This document shows positions 14,521 to 28,400 of a stretch of DNA of 64,000 nt, piece by piece (the first letter of the stretch is position 1; each line of letters starts with the position of its first letter). A program made the position numbers and the translations under genes. The notes beneath the pieces were generated by a model. It was not told the DNA's origin and ran no database searches. It worked only from the letters and a program-made list of their open reading frames with translations. Source of the stretch: Octopus vulgaris (lineage: Eukaryota); contig OX597815.1 in assembly GCA_951406725.2 (NCBI GenBank), positions 75,950,001-76,014,000 of the forward strand. Direction: 5' to 3'.

Positions 14521-15906
14521 CATCTATAAGAGTTCACGTATTTGTAGAAGTGCATGGAATATTAAAGAATATTAAAACATGAAATATTGCAAAAGAGAAA
14601 CTTGGAAGCCCCTAAAAGTAAGAACAGAGGAAGATAAAAAAGGCTAAATGAAAGAAGAAGCATATAAATAGTTGAAGAGAAACAGAGCAAGAAAATAAAT
14701 TACATACTGCTAGAGAATGAAATTTATATAATTGTCAGAGAACCACAGAGGAAACTGAGAAAAATCAATCACCAATGCTTGATATATAAGGCTTGCTAAA
14801 AACCCAATCAATATGCTCAAAACTGACATCAGCTCAATAAGGCTGCATTTACAAAAAAAAAAAAAATGAAAAGAAACCCACTTAAATTTATGTCATTACT
14901 CATACAAGTATCCAGAGTTCAGTGGATGAAGATATTATTATTCATTGTTCAAAAATAAAGTTTCCTAGTAGGAATCCAGCCTTATACAATGTACATGTTC
15001 AAAGAATAAAATTAAAATGATAATCACAGATGAAACCAATAGAGACAGTGTTGATAAATTATTAAAGAAGTTTTGTCTCTTAAAGATAACGTTAATAATT
15101 CAAAATACTTTTAACCTTAAATGCAACTAAAGTATACTTGATTGTATTCTGAAATGACTGTGCTTTTTGTGTACAAATGGGTGGCTTTGTACCAATGTTA
15201 GAAATTGCTATTAAAAGAGATTTGATATCCTGTAGTTAGAGTATTGGTTCTAATTAAAAATGTGAAAGGAAATATGAACATCACAGCAAATTTGTATGTT
15301 TGAAACATTTATCTAGTAAATGGTTTGAGCGTTTAATTATTTACAATCTACACAATCAAAACATCAATAGTCCTAAATGTGAGTGACACTCACTTTAATC
15401 ATTTTTACAATATCAGTAGTGTGCAATGGTTACCGTGTTTTGTTTAAAGGTCGAAAAAGACATGGAAACAATGAAAATCAACAATGTAAGTCACTGATCT
15501 AAGAAAACCAAGTGTCAATTTGATATTCAGTTACTACTACTCACAATTTCCAAGACAGACTGAAGTATAACATGAACTGAGCAAGATGAGATGTAGTCAG
15601 CTATTGAATAACTAACAATCCATATACTGAATACCCACCCTGTAATAATGAATTATCTAATATCTACTAATAAATAAAATGGTATTAATAATCTAGTTCA
15701 CTGGCCAAGATGAACCTGATTGGGTTTAGAATAAGGAAATAAATTACAATTAATGTTTGTAATTATCAAGATTGTTAACTCAAAAATAGTTGTAAGATAT
15801 GAAACTAAACATACGCCCAGATAAAATCTTTCAAAATAATTACCTCAAATTATGAAAGTGATTTCAGCAAGGAATTATATTGAATAAAATAAGTAGCTCA
15901 TATGGT

Positions 15907-16432
15907 CCTTTAATGATTATACCTTTACATTATAAAATCTTAAATGCATATTTTTTTGAGAATCTTGTGCAATCAAACCAAGGTATTATTCAGTTACATC
16001 AGATATGTATTCAAATACTCTTATTAATATTCTTCTATAGTATTTTTAACTATTTTACAATATTTATAAGCATAGTAAACTATAATTTAACCCTTTAACA
16101 TCAGCCATATCCAGCCCAAACATTTCCACCTGTTTTATGTTCAAACTGTCATAATCTGGCTTCTCACACCTTTAATGATTATACCTTTGCATTATAAAAT
16201 CTTAAATGCATATTTTTTTGAGAATCTTGTGCAATCAAACCAAGGTATTATTCAGTTACATCAGATATGTATTCAAATACTCTTATTAATATTCTTCTAT
16301 AGTATTTTTAACTATTTTACAATATTTATAAGCATAGTAAACTATAATTTAACCCTTTAACATCAGCCATATCCAGCCCAAACATTTCCATCTGTTTTAT
16401 GTTCAAACTGTCATAATCTGGCTTCTCACACC
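15907..16432. repeat. 262-bp direct tandem duplication
   Basis: 15907-16168 is repeated at 16169-16430 with only about 2 visible substitutions; two ORFs in the track share an identical translation. Confidence 0.95.
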
Positions 16433-16567
16433 TACCTTACAATGTCAATCTAAAAATATACCAGCTCATCATCAAAATCTCAAAGATACATGATGATACT
16501 TGATTAATACAAAACAATGTGAATAAATAAGTATAACATTTGACAAAGTAATTTGAATGCTAAAGGG
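16353..16567. mobile_element. piggyBac-like MITE
   Basis: TTAA|CCCTTTAACAT ... ATGCTAAAGGG|TTAA; its 5' part is also present in the upstream duplicate copy. Confidence 0.7.
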
Positions 16568-19243
16568 TTAAAGTTATGACAATTTATCTTTTCTTTAAAT
16601 ATAAACACCATCTCAGTTAACCTCATTATAACAAACAATACATCCTATTTTAGTATTCATATAACTGTTTCTGATTTAGGCACAAAAGCCAGCAGTTTTG
16701 AAGGGTCAGGTAAATCAATACAAGCATTTGATGGGTACTTTATCATACTGACACCAAAAGTACAGAAAACAATGTCAACTCTGGTGGGATTTAACTCAGG
16801 AAGAGCCAAAACAAGCACAAGGTATTTTCCCAACATTCTAATGCATCTGTCAGGTCATCATCTTCAAGTATTCATACAATGTTTTCAAAGCAGTATATGT
16901 AATATATATCAAACATTTAATGGAAGATGTTTAAATTTTTATGTTACCATTGATGATAACTATCACAAGAACCAGTTATTTGTTTTTAATTTTCATTGTA
17001 TCTTAATAACTCAAAAGAATATGTGGATAATCACAATATGGGAAGCAAATTATCCATAATTACATATAGAGCTTCAGCAAAATATCAATTTTTAAGAGGG
17101 AAATGTCTGAATTTAGCCTCTAAAATTAATTTAGATATTGAGTTTTGATTTTGTTAGATAACATTAATAAAAAAATTTTTTTAGTAACAATATCTATATT
17201 CAGTATCTTTAGTTTTTATATATATTTAATAGTTATATAAATAACAAGCAAAATATGTTTTCAGAATAATCTTCTCAAAAATATTGAATTTTTATTTATT
17301 AAGGTCTGTAAACTCAGTAGTCCCCACCATCACCCTCTACATATTCATTATGACTATGTCTCAAGTTCAACATTACATTCATTTTATGACTTATATTATG
17401 GATTTATTTGACAGATGCCTAGATTTTTTCTATAACAAAACTAAATAAATAGTTAAACTAGCCAGACCCATAAAATTTCCATGTTTTATAAATTTTCTTA
17501 TTTCTCTTATGATGCATAAATTTATAGATTTTTATATTATTGTTTCATTACATTAAAGATTTTAGTCATGCCTTTGGTTTAATTCTTTAATTAAAGTTGT
17601 TTACAGCAAACACATACATGAAGGTAAGTAAGAACAAGCAGAATATTATTATGGATGTTATTTAAATAACACTTATTTTATTAGATTTCTCTTGCTACAA
17701 TTATAATAAATAATTTTAAATGTCATTTCTTTTAGTATAACTTTTAAATATCAATGAAACTATAGATGCTTCAAATTCCAGTTGTTGAAAGAAGTTTACA
17801 CATTCAATGTGTAAACTTAATACATATTATTAGCAGATAACCCTTTCCAATTGAAAAGGGGGAACTGCAGGAAGGCTGTTGTGACTTACACATGTGATAT
17901 ATTTTAAGGAATCTTTCCCCAAAAAAGATAAAAAACTATATTTGTGACATGTTCATGAGGTGAGATAGATCAATTTGACGGCTAAATTAATTCCTAACAA
18001 CCAATCCACAACTAGAATGTTGATATATCAACAAGCATATCTAATTGTTGATAGCAGTGACCCAACAAACAGCTCCACAGATACAGAGGTCATTAATAGT
18101 AGCCAATGCAGTTTTCATAGCAACAGTGACCTTGCACACAAATGGTTCACATAGCCATGCAACAATGCATAGCCAAATATGCCACAATATACAGCTCTTA
18201 CTGTTTCATAGCCCTATCAACACAAGCTGCATCAAAATAAGTCATTCTACACATGCTGTCATCAACAGAATAGACTATTCTATATCAAAAATATAATTAC
18301 ATTACTTTCTAGCTTGCTTTTACTGAAAGTATGTTATCTGGATTGTAACATCACATATGTATGCATAATTTATATACACACGTCTATTAGACTCACTTGC
18401 ATTTTCACACATTTATTTTATACATACATTAATGCAGTTATGTCTACAACTGAGAACTCATTTGTACATGCACACACATACTTACACACAAATGTGTATA
18501 TATATATATAAATATACTCCAACACTCCTTATAAGATTGCTGTTTCAGAACATTTTGAGCAATATTCCTTGATTTAAAAGGTGCTATTGAGGCCCCTTTT
18601 AAATTAACAATAACTTTATCCTGTCGTAGTCAAACTACATCACTATTGGCAACAAATAGAGAATATGTATTCCCATTTTGTGAGTTTATTATAGAAAACA
18701 AACTATGCAATTTATTCTGTATGTTTTCTTTGTTTGATTGTGTTTTCTACAATATTTAACAAGAGAATGAAAATGTCTATTGGAGAAATGGAATGGGCAA
18801 TTGTAACATTCATGCCTTTCCAAAAGAATTTTAACAACATAAGTGAAGTAAACTGGCTTCACATAGGAATAGAAAAGCTGGTTGCAAACTTGGTTTGCCA
18901 GCACACTAAATTCAAAAATACTATAAACTTGATAAACAATTGATAAATCTAAAATAAGTAACAATCTTCTTGAAATATTAGTTCCTTTAAAGTAAAATAT
19001 ATTTCAGAATAGAATAATATAACTATGATCAACACAAACCTTATGAAAAAAGCTTCCTTTCACATGGTTTGTATTATTCAGTTTCTTTATTTTTAAAGAA
19101 TATTTTTGCCTAATTAATAATTTTTAATTTAAGAAAATCTTTCTTCAAATATTGTGACTGGATCAAGAATTTTTATACCAATGAACACACACACACACAA
19201 ATGCACATGCATGCATTCAGGTACACATGCACACACACAGTCC

Positions 19244-19278
<35 letters not shown>

Positions 19279-19300
19279 TGTATGTATGTATGTATGTATG

Positions 19301-19334
<34 letters not shown>

Positions 19335-19510
19335 TGGTTCAAATACTACATATGTTTGGAAATTTTTTCTCTTCTTTTCATGTCAACACAGTTTAAAACA
19401 TGTCCAAAAAAGCCATTATATTAGCTGATAACAGCTATAATTATAAGAACTAACACAAGAAATATATGCTAGTTTGGAAGAGATTCAAATTGGAATGTTC
19501 TTTACAACAG

Positions 19511-19700
19511 TCAGCCAGTGTATTTTTGTTGAAACTGATGAAAATGAAAATTTTTTTCCTCTTGAGACATAAAAAGATTTCTGTTCCATACAGCCTGTGA
19601 TGAGTGAGCTTCAGTGTCTGGATTGTTGGGAAATAAAAGACCTGCCTTGACTCGGAGATATACAATAGTTGAATCACTTTCATAGACAGCAACAGTTAAA
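19511..19700 (-). CDS. TSEN15: tRNA-splicing endonuclease subunit Sen15, last coding exon
   Basis: SLTVAVYESDSTIVYLRVKAGLLFP matches the Sen15 hallmark FTLAIVESDSTIVYYKL..G..LP; acceptor TTTTTCAG; stop TGA at 19511-19513. Confidence 0.92.
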
Positions 19701-20996
19701 CTGAAAAAGAAAAGTGGAAATTTAATCAAAACAAAGGAAAGAAAGATAAACTAGATGAATGGATAAGGTATAGAATTACTGTTTCAGAAATCTGACATGC
19801 AAAGTGGAGAGAGTAACAGTGTAACAGAGTAATAACTAATTTGAGGTGGGGTATGGCAAAGAAAAGGGATTGGTTATAGGGACTAATAAGAAAAAGGAGA
19901 GTGGATAGAGTGAATAGGTGACAGAATGTGGCAAGGACATTTAGGGCTATCCTACTTTACAAGGAGAAGAAACAATACAATTCATGTTTTGTATAAAATC
20001 TTTTAGTATAGTAGTTCAAAGTGAGTTGTAAAGACTTAAAAGCATGCATTTCTGAGGGAAAAGAACTGGAAAAATAAGAGTTCCAAGAAGTGGGAGTCAG
20101 ATCATTAAGTAAAAGGGAAAGGAGGATTTGGTGGGTTTAGATGTGTTTCGATAAGGAAGGATATTGTCAATGAAATTATTCCTTGTGTGTTGGTACCTAT
20201 TAATTTGTGGGGAGATGAAAGATAAAATATAAATATGACAGGGTGCAATATCAGAGCCTAAATCATTTTCAGTTTAATCTCAAGAATTCAGATGTAGAAG
20301 AACTGAATTTCTCCCCTGTATGCTATGTTCTGAATCTGAACTCTACTTGTCTTTTATCTCTTCAAAATATATAAATATTAATATATTGTGGTCAAGTCAA
20401 TTCATTAATTGAAATCCTACAGAAGTTTGCTTTATACTTTGTCCATATATCAATAAATGCACGGCACTTAAAGAAAGCTGACCAATGCATTGTGAATGAA
20501 TTTGATAGGCAGAAACTGCACAGAAGCCTGTTGTCTGTATGTGCATGCATGTGCACATACTGTTGTGTCTGTTTCATAGCTTGACAACATGGGTTGGTTG
20601 GTTTATTTGCTTCCTTGCAACTTAGAGATTCATAGAACAAGTACTGAAAAATAAATACTGAGGATGATTTGATCAACTTGATAACATAATACCCATGTAT
20701 AACCACAATCCAATGACTGAAGTATAGATTTTGTTGAGCCATACATAAAAATAACCACAAACAAGAGTGTGTTGAAGTATCATTTATTCTGCATCAATCA
20801 TCTTCACTGTGAGAGAAAGTATGACTGGCCATTTAAGCTCATGTCTCCCGTCTAACTGGAAGTCCCTTCTTTGCAGATCAGCTTAATAACTAGTGCACAA
20901 TGAAGGTCTTTGTCTACAGTTCGTTTGTTAAGAGTTCATTAGTAATGACCTACAAAAGAAAATATTTACATTATCAAGTAAACAAAATTAACTCAC

Positions 20997-21183
20997 CTGT
21001 CATTGGGACATTTCTCTACTTTGAGGTATGAGGTATATTTTTTTAAGTCTTGAGGACTAATCTGTTTTGTACATTCAATAGGTAGCACAATTTCTTGTGG
21101 TTCACTACAGTTTGGATGACCTGACAGGAACAATAGGTTCAGTTCTGGACACATGTGGACACGTACATTCCACCAATTCTGAA
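20997..21183 (-). CDS. TSEN15: TSEN15 coding exon 3
   Basis: VQNWWNVRVHMCPELNLLFLSG..EIVLPI..ISPQDL resembles Sen15 W.EV....PEL.L..L.G..VVP; acceptor TTTTCAG, donor GTGAGT; phases 1/2 fit the neighbouring exons. Confidence 0.92.
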
Positions 21184-21898
21184 CTGAAAAGAAACCAATA
21201 AACATATATTTGAAAAGAAGTTTAAATTATATGGAAATGAGTTAAAAGTTAAACAAAAATTCTCTTGTTACAAATATTTTGAATTTTCAAGTCATAACAA
21301 ATACAATAAAATAACTTTAGAGAATATTATACCAAAATTCTAATTTAAATATCATGAATATTTAAGTTTATTTTTCCTGCTGTGAGAGATTAACTCTTGT
21401 GGGCTCCATAACGGTCTTCTTCATTTTGTCCTGTACTCTACACAAATCCTCACTGACTCCCTTGCACTTATTTCTTTCAATATTACTTTTAACCATGTCT
21501 TTCTTGGTCTTTGCTTTTCCCTACTTCCTTCCGCATTCATTTCTATCATGCCTCTCACCCATCAATTTTCATCCTTCCTCATCACATGACAGAACTACCT
21601 CATTCCATTTCTCTTTATATCTATCACTGGCTCAATTACTACCATCCTCTGCAATGCAGTGTTTGTCTTCTCTCTCAATGATACTCTTGTTATCTACTGA
21701 ATTGTTCTCATTTTTGTTCTTTCCAGCCTTCTCTATTACTTCATGTTCATTATCCATATCTTACACATTTCACACATGTATTATACACCTTTTTTTCAGT
21801 CTCAGTAACACCCCTCCCTATGAGTACACCACTCAGTCCTCAAAATTTGTTCCATGCACAATATCTTATTCTACTATGCTGGGATAGGGGTGGAGAAG

Positions 21899-22039
<141 letters not shown>

Positions 22040-22199
22040 TGGTTGGGGAGTCTGTGAAGCCAAGGGGAAAGGGAAGAGGCAGGAGTGAAAGAGTCACTGT
22101 AATGGGTGGAGAAACCAAGGCTTTTATCAGTTTCTGTCTACCAAATCCACTCACAAGGCTTTGGTCAGCTTAAGGCTATAATAGAAGACATTTAGATGG

Positions 22200-24330
22200 G
22201 TTTTTTCTGGATTGACTTAGGATGTCCATGTGGTTATTAAAAAATAAAAAGAGATTTAAGGTAATGGAGAAGATTGTTGTTCAATGCCTGTGTCAGTTAC
22301 ATTTGGAACATTAGAAATGAGTAGAATAGGACAACAAAAAGCAAAGAGAAACCTTCTTAGGACTGGGAAATATTGTAGCATATTTCCAAAGATTGGAACA
22401 TATCCACAGAAAGACAGACAGACAGACGGAAAGAGAGAGAGACAGACAGACAGAGAGAAAGAGGGAAAGAAGAGATTGGAAAGTTTGGTGAGAACAGGGG
22501 CTAGCTCTGCGTTACATTGTTTGGTAGTAATGGAAGAAGCATCATCAGGACTGGTGGGCTAGTTTAAACCAACTGGAGTGCCTCTCATTTGGTATGTGTG
22601 AATGGTTTTGAACTTGATGGAGTGTCAAGAAATAGTTTGGGAGATTTACATGTGTATGATACGGAGTCAGATGTGAAAGTAGGAAGTCTTATTCATAGAA
22701 GTACTGATTGAGAAGTGAAGGAAAGAAAGAATCTGCTAGGTTGATAGTAATCCTTTTGGCAAGGAACTAAAAGGAGTGGCTGCACCTATCAACTGTCTTT
22801 TTACAGGTGTTGCAATGCGAGGTAAAAACCATTCAATGTGTAAGGGTAGGAATTCTTTCCAAGCATTGTAGGCCATGTTCTTTATATGAACTGCTGCAGC
22901 ACATTTTGGTTGTGTAGGGGATGTGGAAGAATATACTCATGAGGATAATTTTAGTCACTTATGAAGATGTTTCAAATGGGCCAGGACTGAAGTATACTGC
23001 TAGTAGAGCTCTAGCTTGAAGTGCTATAAGGCTGGGAGATGTGTCTGTGAGGGGGGGGGCAAGTTTACCCTATATATGTGGTGGGTAGTTACAACAAGGC
23101 AGTGATTAAACAACTCAATAGGTACAGAGATGGTGATAGTTTATTAAAGAGGTGGCAAGCAGGCAGAAAGGTTAGCATACCAGGCAAAATGCTTAGCGGT
23201 ATTTCATCTGTCATTACATTCTGAGTTCAAATTCTGCTGAGGTTGACTTTGCCTTTCATCTTTTTGGGGTTGATAAATTAAGTACCAGTTTTGTATTGGA
23301 GTTGATCTAATTGACTGGCCCTCAAGGAGATCAAGGGTGCTAGGAGCATCTGTTTGTCAGTCAATGATGGGTGTAGGGTATAAAACTAGTTGATATTGAC
23401 AATGAAGGATTTGGTTTCAGTAATAGTGGCACTAGCATGGGATGAGTGTGAGAACCAAGACTTCAGAGAAGGGTTAAGTAGATCTTAACTTTTATTTTTA
23501 ACTTGTTTCAGTCATTGGACTGTGGCCATGGTGGGACACAACCTTGAAGAATTTAGTCAAATCAAACCTAGTACTTTTTTTTATCTAGTTCTTATTCTAT
23601 TGGTCTCTTTTGCTGAACCACTACATTATGGGAACATAAACAAACTAACACTGATTTTCAAGCAGTGTGTGTGTGTGGGGGGGACAAACACATAAATATA
23701 TATAAAACAGGCCATAAACATAGTTTCTGTCTACCAAATTCACTCACAAACATTGGTTGGCCTGGGGCTATAATAACAGACAGCTGCCTAAGGTGTCATG
23801 AACCCATAACCATGAAGTTGCAAAGCAAGCTTCTCAACCATGCAGTCATGTCTGCACCTAGATTGATGTCATCCATGTAAGAATAGATATGGTTGAAGGG
23901 ACATTGGGGATTTGAGAAGTTTACAAAGCAATAGAGGAAGCAGGCTTTAAAACAAAATAATTAGAAGTCTTTGTTTCTGATGAGAGTGGAATCTACCTAT
24001 ATTCAGACAGCACCTTTCAGAATGAAGTTTGAGTAAAGAGTGTAGTCTGGACAGCAGAAATACACTATAGATAAGGGTGGTGAGATTTCTGTCTCAGCAA
24101 GTAATGCGTGGTTTACATATTAATAAGAGATGATGTGGGGGGGGGGGGTCAAAATTGGATCAGAAACCATGGATGTGAGAGAAGAGAAAGGAAATTGATC
24201 AGCAGGTTCAGTTTTTGTTTTGGTGATCAAGAGGTTTTGGTGCACTATGAAATCTCATGGTAATACCTGTGCAAGAGCTTAGTTTAAATACTTGCAACAG
24301 AGCAAATTTTGCTCATAGGTCAGGAGCTAG
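22200..24330 (-). mobile_element. Ancient CR1/L2-group LINE remnant (APE + RT), interrupted by SINEs
   Basis: Minus strand gives (N)IHGF*SNF at ~24150-24175 (APE N-terminal NIRGLRSNF-like) and LWKYATIFP.PKK at ~22350-22400 (RT domain 1). Similar remnants at ~19800-20340 and ~46200-47100. Confidence 0.55.
23150..23320 (+). mobile_element. tRNA-derived SINE (same family as 27333)
   Basis: GGCAGAAAGGTTAGCA..TGAGTTCAAATTC..GACTTTGCCTTTCATC..GATAAATTAAGTACCAG. Confidence 0.75.
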
Positions 24331-24623
24331 TGTTAAACTGAGTAGCACAATATATGCCTCACCACAGAAAAAAAAAAGAACTTTGTAAAGAATTAGTAAC
24401 TAATGGGGGCCAACCTTGGGATCTTCTTGAGAAAACACCATTCTCAAAAACAGAAAAAAAAAACAATAGTATGCTCAATACATACTTGCAGAGAAGTGTG
24501 TAGCAATGGGTCTGCTAGGATTTATAATTAGTAACAATAAACCTATACATACAGTAATTATACCATTTAATCCAAAGTATAGATTAAATTGTGTTGTTAC
24601 CATTTGCACATTCAAATATTTAC

Positions 24624-24705
24624 CTTCACAAAGATCCATATATACATGAAAAACCATGTACGAATCTGCCTCGTCAGTAATATTGTAATTTTTAATCTTT
24701 TTCAT
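24624..24705 (-). CDS. TSEN15: TSEN15 coding exon 2
   Basis: MKKIKNYNITDEADSYMVFHVYMDLCE resembles Sen15 Y.AFLVYLDL.E; acceptor TTTTAACAG, donor GTAAAT. Confidence 0.9.
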
Positions 24706-24985
24706 CTGTTAAAATAAAAACAATAAAGCATAGATGTAAAGAAAAAACTGTCAGTAAATCAAAATTGTAAAATATTGAGAATTATATTTTGGTATAATAG
24801 AAATTCGAATGTATGCTTTTTAATCAGCGAGTGATTTGATTTGTAAACATGAACTGTCCCTTAGAAAACATCAACATACATAATAAAATATTAGATTCTT
24901 TTCTGCATCGGCAGATTTTTGCTACGAACCAGGGTTGAGTTAATGTAATCAATCACGGCTTTTTGTTTGTACAAGTAATTATTTT

Positions 24986-25178
24986 ATTGTTTATAAGCCA
25001 TTTTCGTTGCTTTGAGACTGCGACCTTGTTCACTGACAAAATTCCGATGCAACACGGAATTTTGTCAGTGAACAGGTCGCGGTCTCAAAGCGAGGAAAAT
25101 ATTTTGGCAAATTAAATTTAAATGTTGAAGTGAATCTAACTGTTTTTGTGTGTTTTTTAAATGGCTTATAAAGCAATG
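24986..25178. repeat. Inverted repeat / hairpin element in TSEN15 intron 1
   Basis: Stem of about 40 bp, GCTTTGAGACTGCGACC(T)TGTTCACTGACAAAATTCCG / CGGAATTTTGTCAGTGAACAGGTCGCGGTCTCAAAGC, with an 8-nt loop (25047-25054); outer arms TTATAAGCCATT / AATGGCTTATAA. Confidence 0.85.
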
Positions 25179-26225
25179 TAACGAAACATTGCCGCTTATA
25201 AACACCTTCCACGCTGCAAATGATTTTGTTCCAGCACACGATCTCAGATCAGGTCATTTGCTATGCAAGTACATCTCCGTAATTATTTTATTGACCTCTA
25301 AAAAGATTAATGACAGTACTTTACAGAGAATCGAACCAAAACCTGTGGTACTGAATAGCACAAAACATTAAGGATATTCATGTCCTAGCAATGTAAAAGG
25401 TGTACGAAAAGGGTTCCGAAATATGAAAGGAAAGTATAAATAACTGGCAGGAAATGAAAAGTAGTCTAAAATCCTGTTGTCCCTGCATAGCTTTAGATTA
25501 GACCTGACTGAACAGACCTATCAGAAGTGTTTTCGCCACGACCATTTCATCTTTCATGCACTGCGCAGTTTCCTTTTTTCAATGATGGTTGATTGCAATT
25601 TGGGAATGATTGGGCGGTTGCTATCTCTCACGAATTGAGTGACCTCATAGAGGTTTTCTCATTGAATCGATTATAACAGAAAAATACAAATAAAATATTA
25701 AATTTGTGTTTATCTGTTTTGATATGTACACAAAATATAGGGGAAACATTTGGTGAGCGCTGCGAAGAAATAATATTTCAATGAATCCAATTTTAATTCA
25801 TGTTTGAAAATATTTGTGCTTCGTTTATCTCAAAAATTCAATTATGAATGAAATGTGGTGCACATTTTACAAATACCATTCTGATCCTTATAAATACAAC
25901 TATTTTAAAAATAATTATTTATTGGAATTATTATTTCTTGACGCGATAAATTAATTGAAACTACTTAGTGAGTGAAATGAGAGAAGCTAACATGAAACTT
26001 TAACATTAAGGACATGAAGGAACATATATAAATAAAATATTAATCTTGAAATAATTATGAACAATATGTTATTAGAAGTTAAAATACAGTGCAAGACAAG
26101 TTCAACATAAACATGGGAAGATAACGAAAAGAGAGTAAACTAATATCGATTGTAGACTTATCAAGAACAAATTAATATTATTTAAAATAAGTATGCGTAT
26201 AGTATAATAATATGAGAAAGCATAC

Positions 26226-26249
26226 AATGGGATGATCCTCGATTTCCAT
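26226..26249 (-). CDS. TSEN15: TSEN15 first coding exon (MEIEDHPI)
   Basis: GCCAAAATGG start context; encodes the conserved HP of the Sen15 N-terminus (human HPKYLEM); phase-0 donor GTATGC joins exon 2 in frame. Confidence 0.8.
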
Positions 26250-27332
26250 TTTGGCTGATATCAGTTAATTTACCGGTGAGATGGGTTTTTTGTTAACGCC
26301 TACGCATCAATTCAAAGGGAAGTAACTGGTAATTTACACTTGGTTTTATTAATGTGAAAATCATAAAAGTGTAATTTTTCGAAAATGAACTTCTTCTTCT
26401 AATAGAATAGCACCTTTTCTTTTATGATTTTTCTTCGTGGTTTCATATATTAAGAAAACATTTTCTGCTCCCATGAGTCTATGACCTGTTGGTAAATCGG
26501 TAGCAATTGATTAACATTGTATTTTGACAAATATTCCAAGAATTTTTCATGATATTGCAAACATAAATGCAATGAATTGTAAAGATTTCTGCTTCATTAT
26601 GACTTGAAATAATGATGTAGCAGTGATCTGAAACCTAACTGCTAGACACTCATTCAGATACCATAAGTGAACCACCGATCAGTATAAAATGACCAGTCAG
26701 TGTGATATATTTTTCTTGCGTGTTCTTTTTGTCCCGTATATAAAAACATAATGTCTCATAAGAAACTTCTACGGACATGGCATGATATTTCTCTCTATTC
26801 CAGTCAACAATTATTTATATTGTTCTTGATAAATAACAAACACCACATACCTTTATACCATAATAAATATTCAGTTAAATGTTCCCAGGGTTACTTCAGT
26901 TTATTATCCATGCAGTCAATGAAATACATCTTCATTTTCCTGCTCCTCAAACAACAAACTCCCTTACAACAATAGTATATACAGCTATTGGTGAGTTTGA
27001 ATATGATTTTGTGGAAAATAAAACTGTTTTTCATATTTCCCAATGATTTTGTTAGTTTCTTTTATTATGAGAAAATAAATTTGTATAGAACCATCAAAAG
27101 TTATAGCTTAAAAACTTTTTATAGGAATGAAATGAAGAATAAAATTAAAGTGATTTTTAAATTTATGGTGTTCCTTCTACTTTTGTCATAACTGCTGATA
27201 AACAAATGTGAAATATCTTAAAACTCATGGAGCACTGAAATTAGTTCTGAATTTAGGAGTTTACAATTCAAGAAGAGTATGCTACCAATAAATCTTTTGC
27301 ATTTATGGAAGTTATACTGGTGGTATTAACAG

Positions 27333-27564
27333 TGGTGGCGAGCTGGCAGAATCGTTAGCACGTCGGGCGAAATGCGTAGCCGTATTTCGTCTGCCGTTAT
27401 GTTCTGAGTTCAAATTCCGCTGAGGTCGACTTTGCCTTTCATCCTTTCGGGGTCGATAAATTAAGTACCAGTTACGCACTGGGGTCGATGTAATCGACTT
27501 AATACCTATGTCTGTCCTTGTTTGTCCTCTCTATGTTTAGCTCCTTGTGGGTAATAAAGAAACA
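27333..27564 (+). mobile_element. Young tRNA-derived SINE with 11-bp TSD
   Basis: A box TGGCAGAATCGTTAG, B box GAGTTCAAATTCC, core GTCGACTTTGCCTTTCATCCTTTCGGGGTCGATAAATTAAGTACC. Flanked by the direct repeat GGTATTAACAG (27322-27332 and 27565-27575); CpGs retained. Confidence 0.9.
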
Positions 27565-27575
27565 GGTATTAACAG

Positions 27576-28400
27576 AGAAAGACATTCAAGGCAATGGAGA
27601 AGATTGTTGTTTATGACTGTCTTTAAGACAGGCTTTAGATGTTGGAAGTGAGTGTAATAGGACAGTAGTTGGTAAGGTCTTTGTTATATCAGAAAGCTTG
27701 CTTTTCTTGGGAATGGGACACACTTTAACATATTTCCAAAGAATGAAGTATATATCCATACAGAGAGAGAACATGATAAGAGTCACATTGAGGGTAATGT
27801 AAAAGGACAATATCAGGACCAGTAGACTTATTGATATGAAGCAATCAAAAGTATTTTTGTACTTGGCATGTATGTGAGCCTGTCATGAATCTGGTGGAGA
27901 GGAAAGAAATAGTTTAGGAGATTTTCATCTATATGCAGTGTGAGGTTGGATGCAAAGTGAAAGCAAATATGGAGGTTTCCTCTGTGGGGATACTGCTGCA
28001 GAACCATTATGAGTGTAAAGGGGAAGAAAGGAGGATTTCATTAAGTTGATAGTGATCCTTTTGGTAATGGATCAAAATGATTGACTACAGTTTGAGAGGT
28101 GAGAGAGCTTGCAAAGAATGTGATGCAAGGGAAACATCATTTGAAGTTCAGATGATAGTTTTACAGGTGTTGTAATGATGGGTAAAAGTTTTCTAGTTTC
28201 TAAGGGTGAGGGCAGGGGTTTCTTCAAGCATTGTCAACTCTTGTTCTTTTACATGAACTGGTGCATGAATGAATAGACCACTCAGGGCAGTGATTTTTTA
28301 TTGTATGTAGGATGTGGACAGACATACCTAAAGGGATGGTTTGGAAGCAAAAAGTAATTAATTTTGGATTGCATATGTAATGAGTTGTGGACTACCAAAG
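27576..28400 (-). mobile_element. Ancient CR1/L2-group LINE RT remnant
   Basis: LWKYVKVCPIPKK..SD..TTVLLHSL resembles WK.A.V.PIPKKG..NYRPIALL; same family as 22200-24330. Confidence 0.55.

Noticed and set aside
20950-20996. Acceptor-like TTTTGTAG just after TSEN15 exon 3
   Set aside because: It would define a 47-nt intron and lose the conserved ESDSTIVY exon.
27333-27425. tRNA-like sequence
   Set aside because: SINE head with A/B boxes, core, tail and TSD; no complete cloverleaf.
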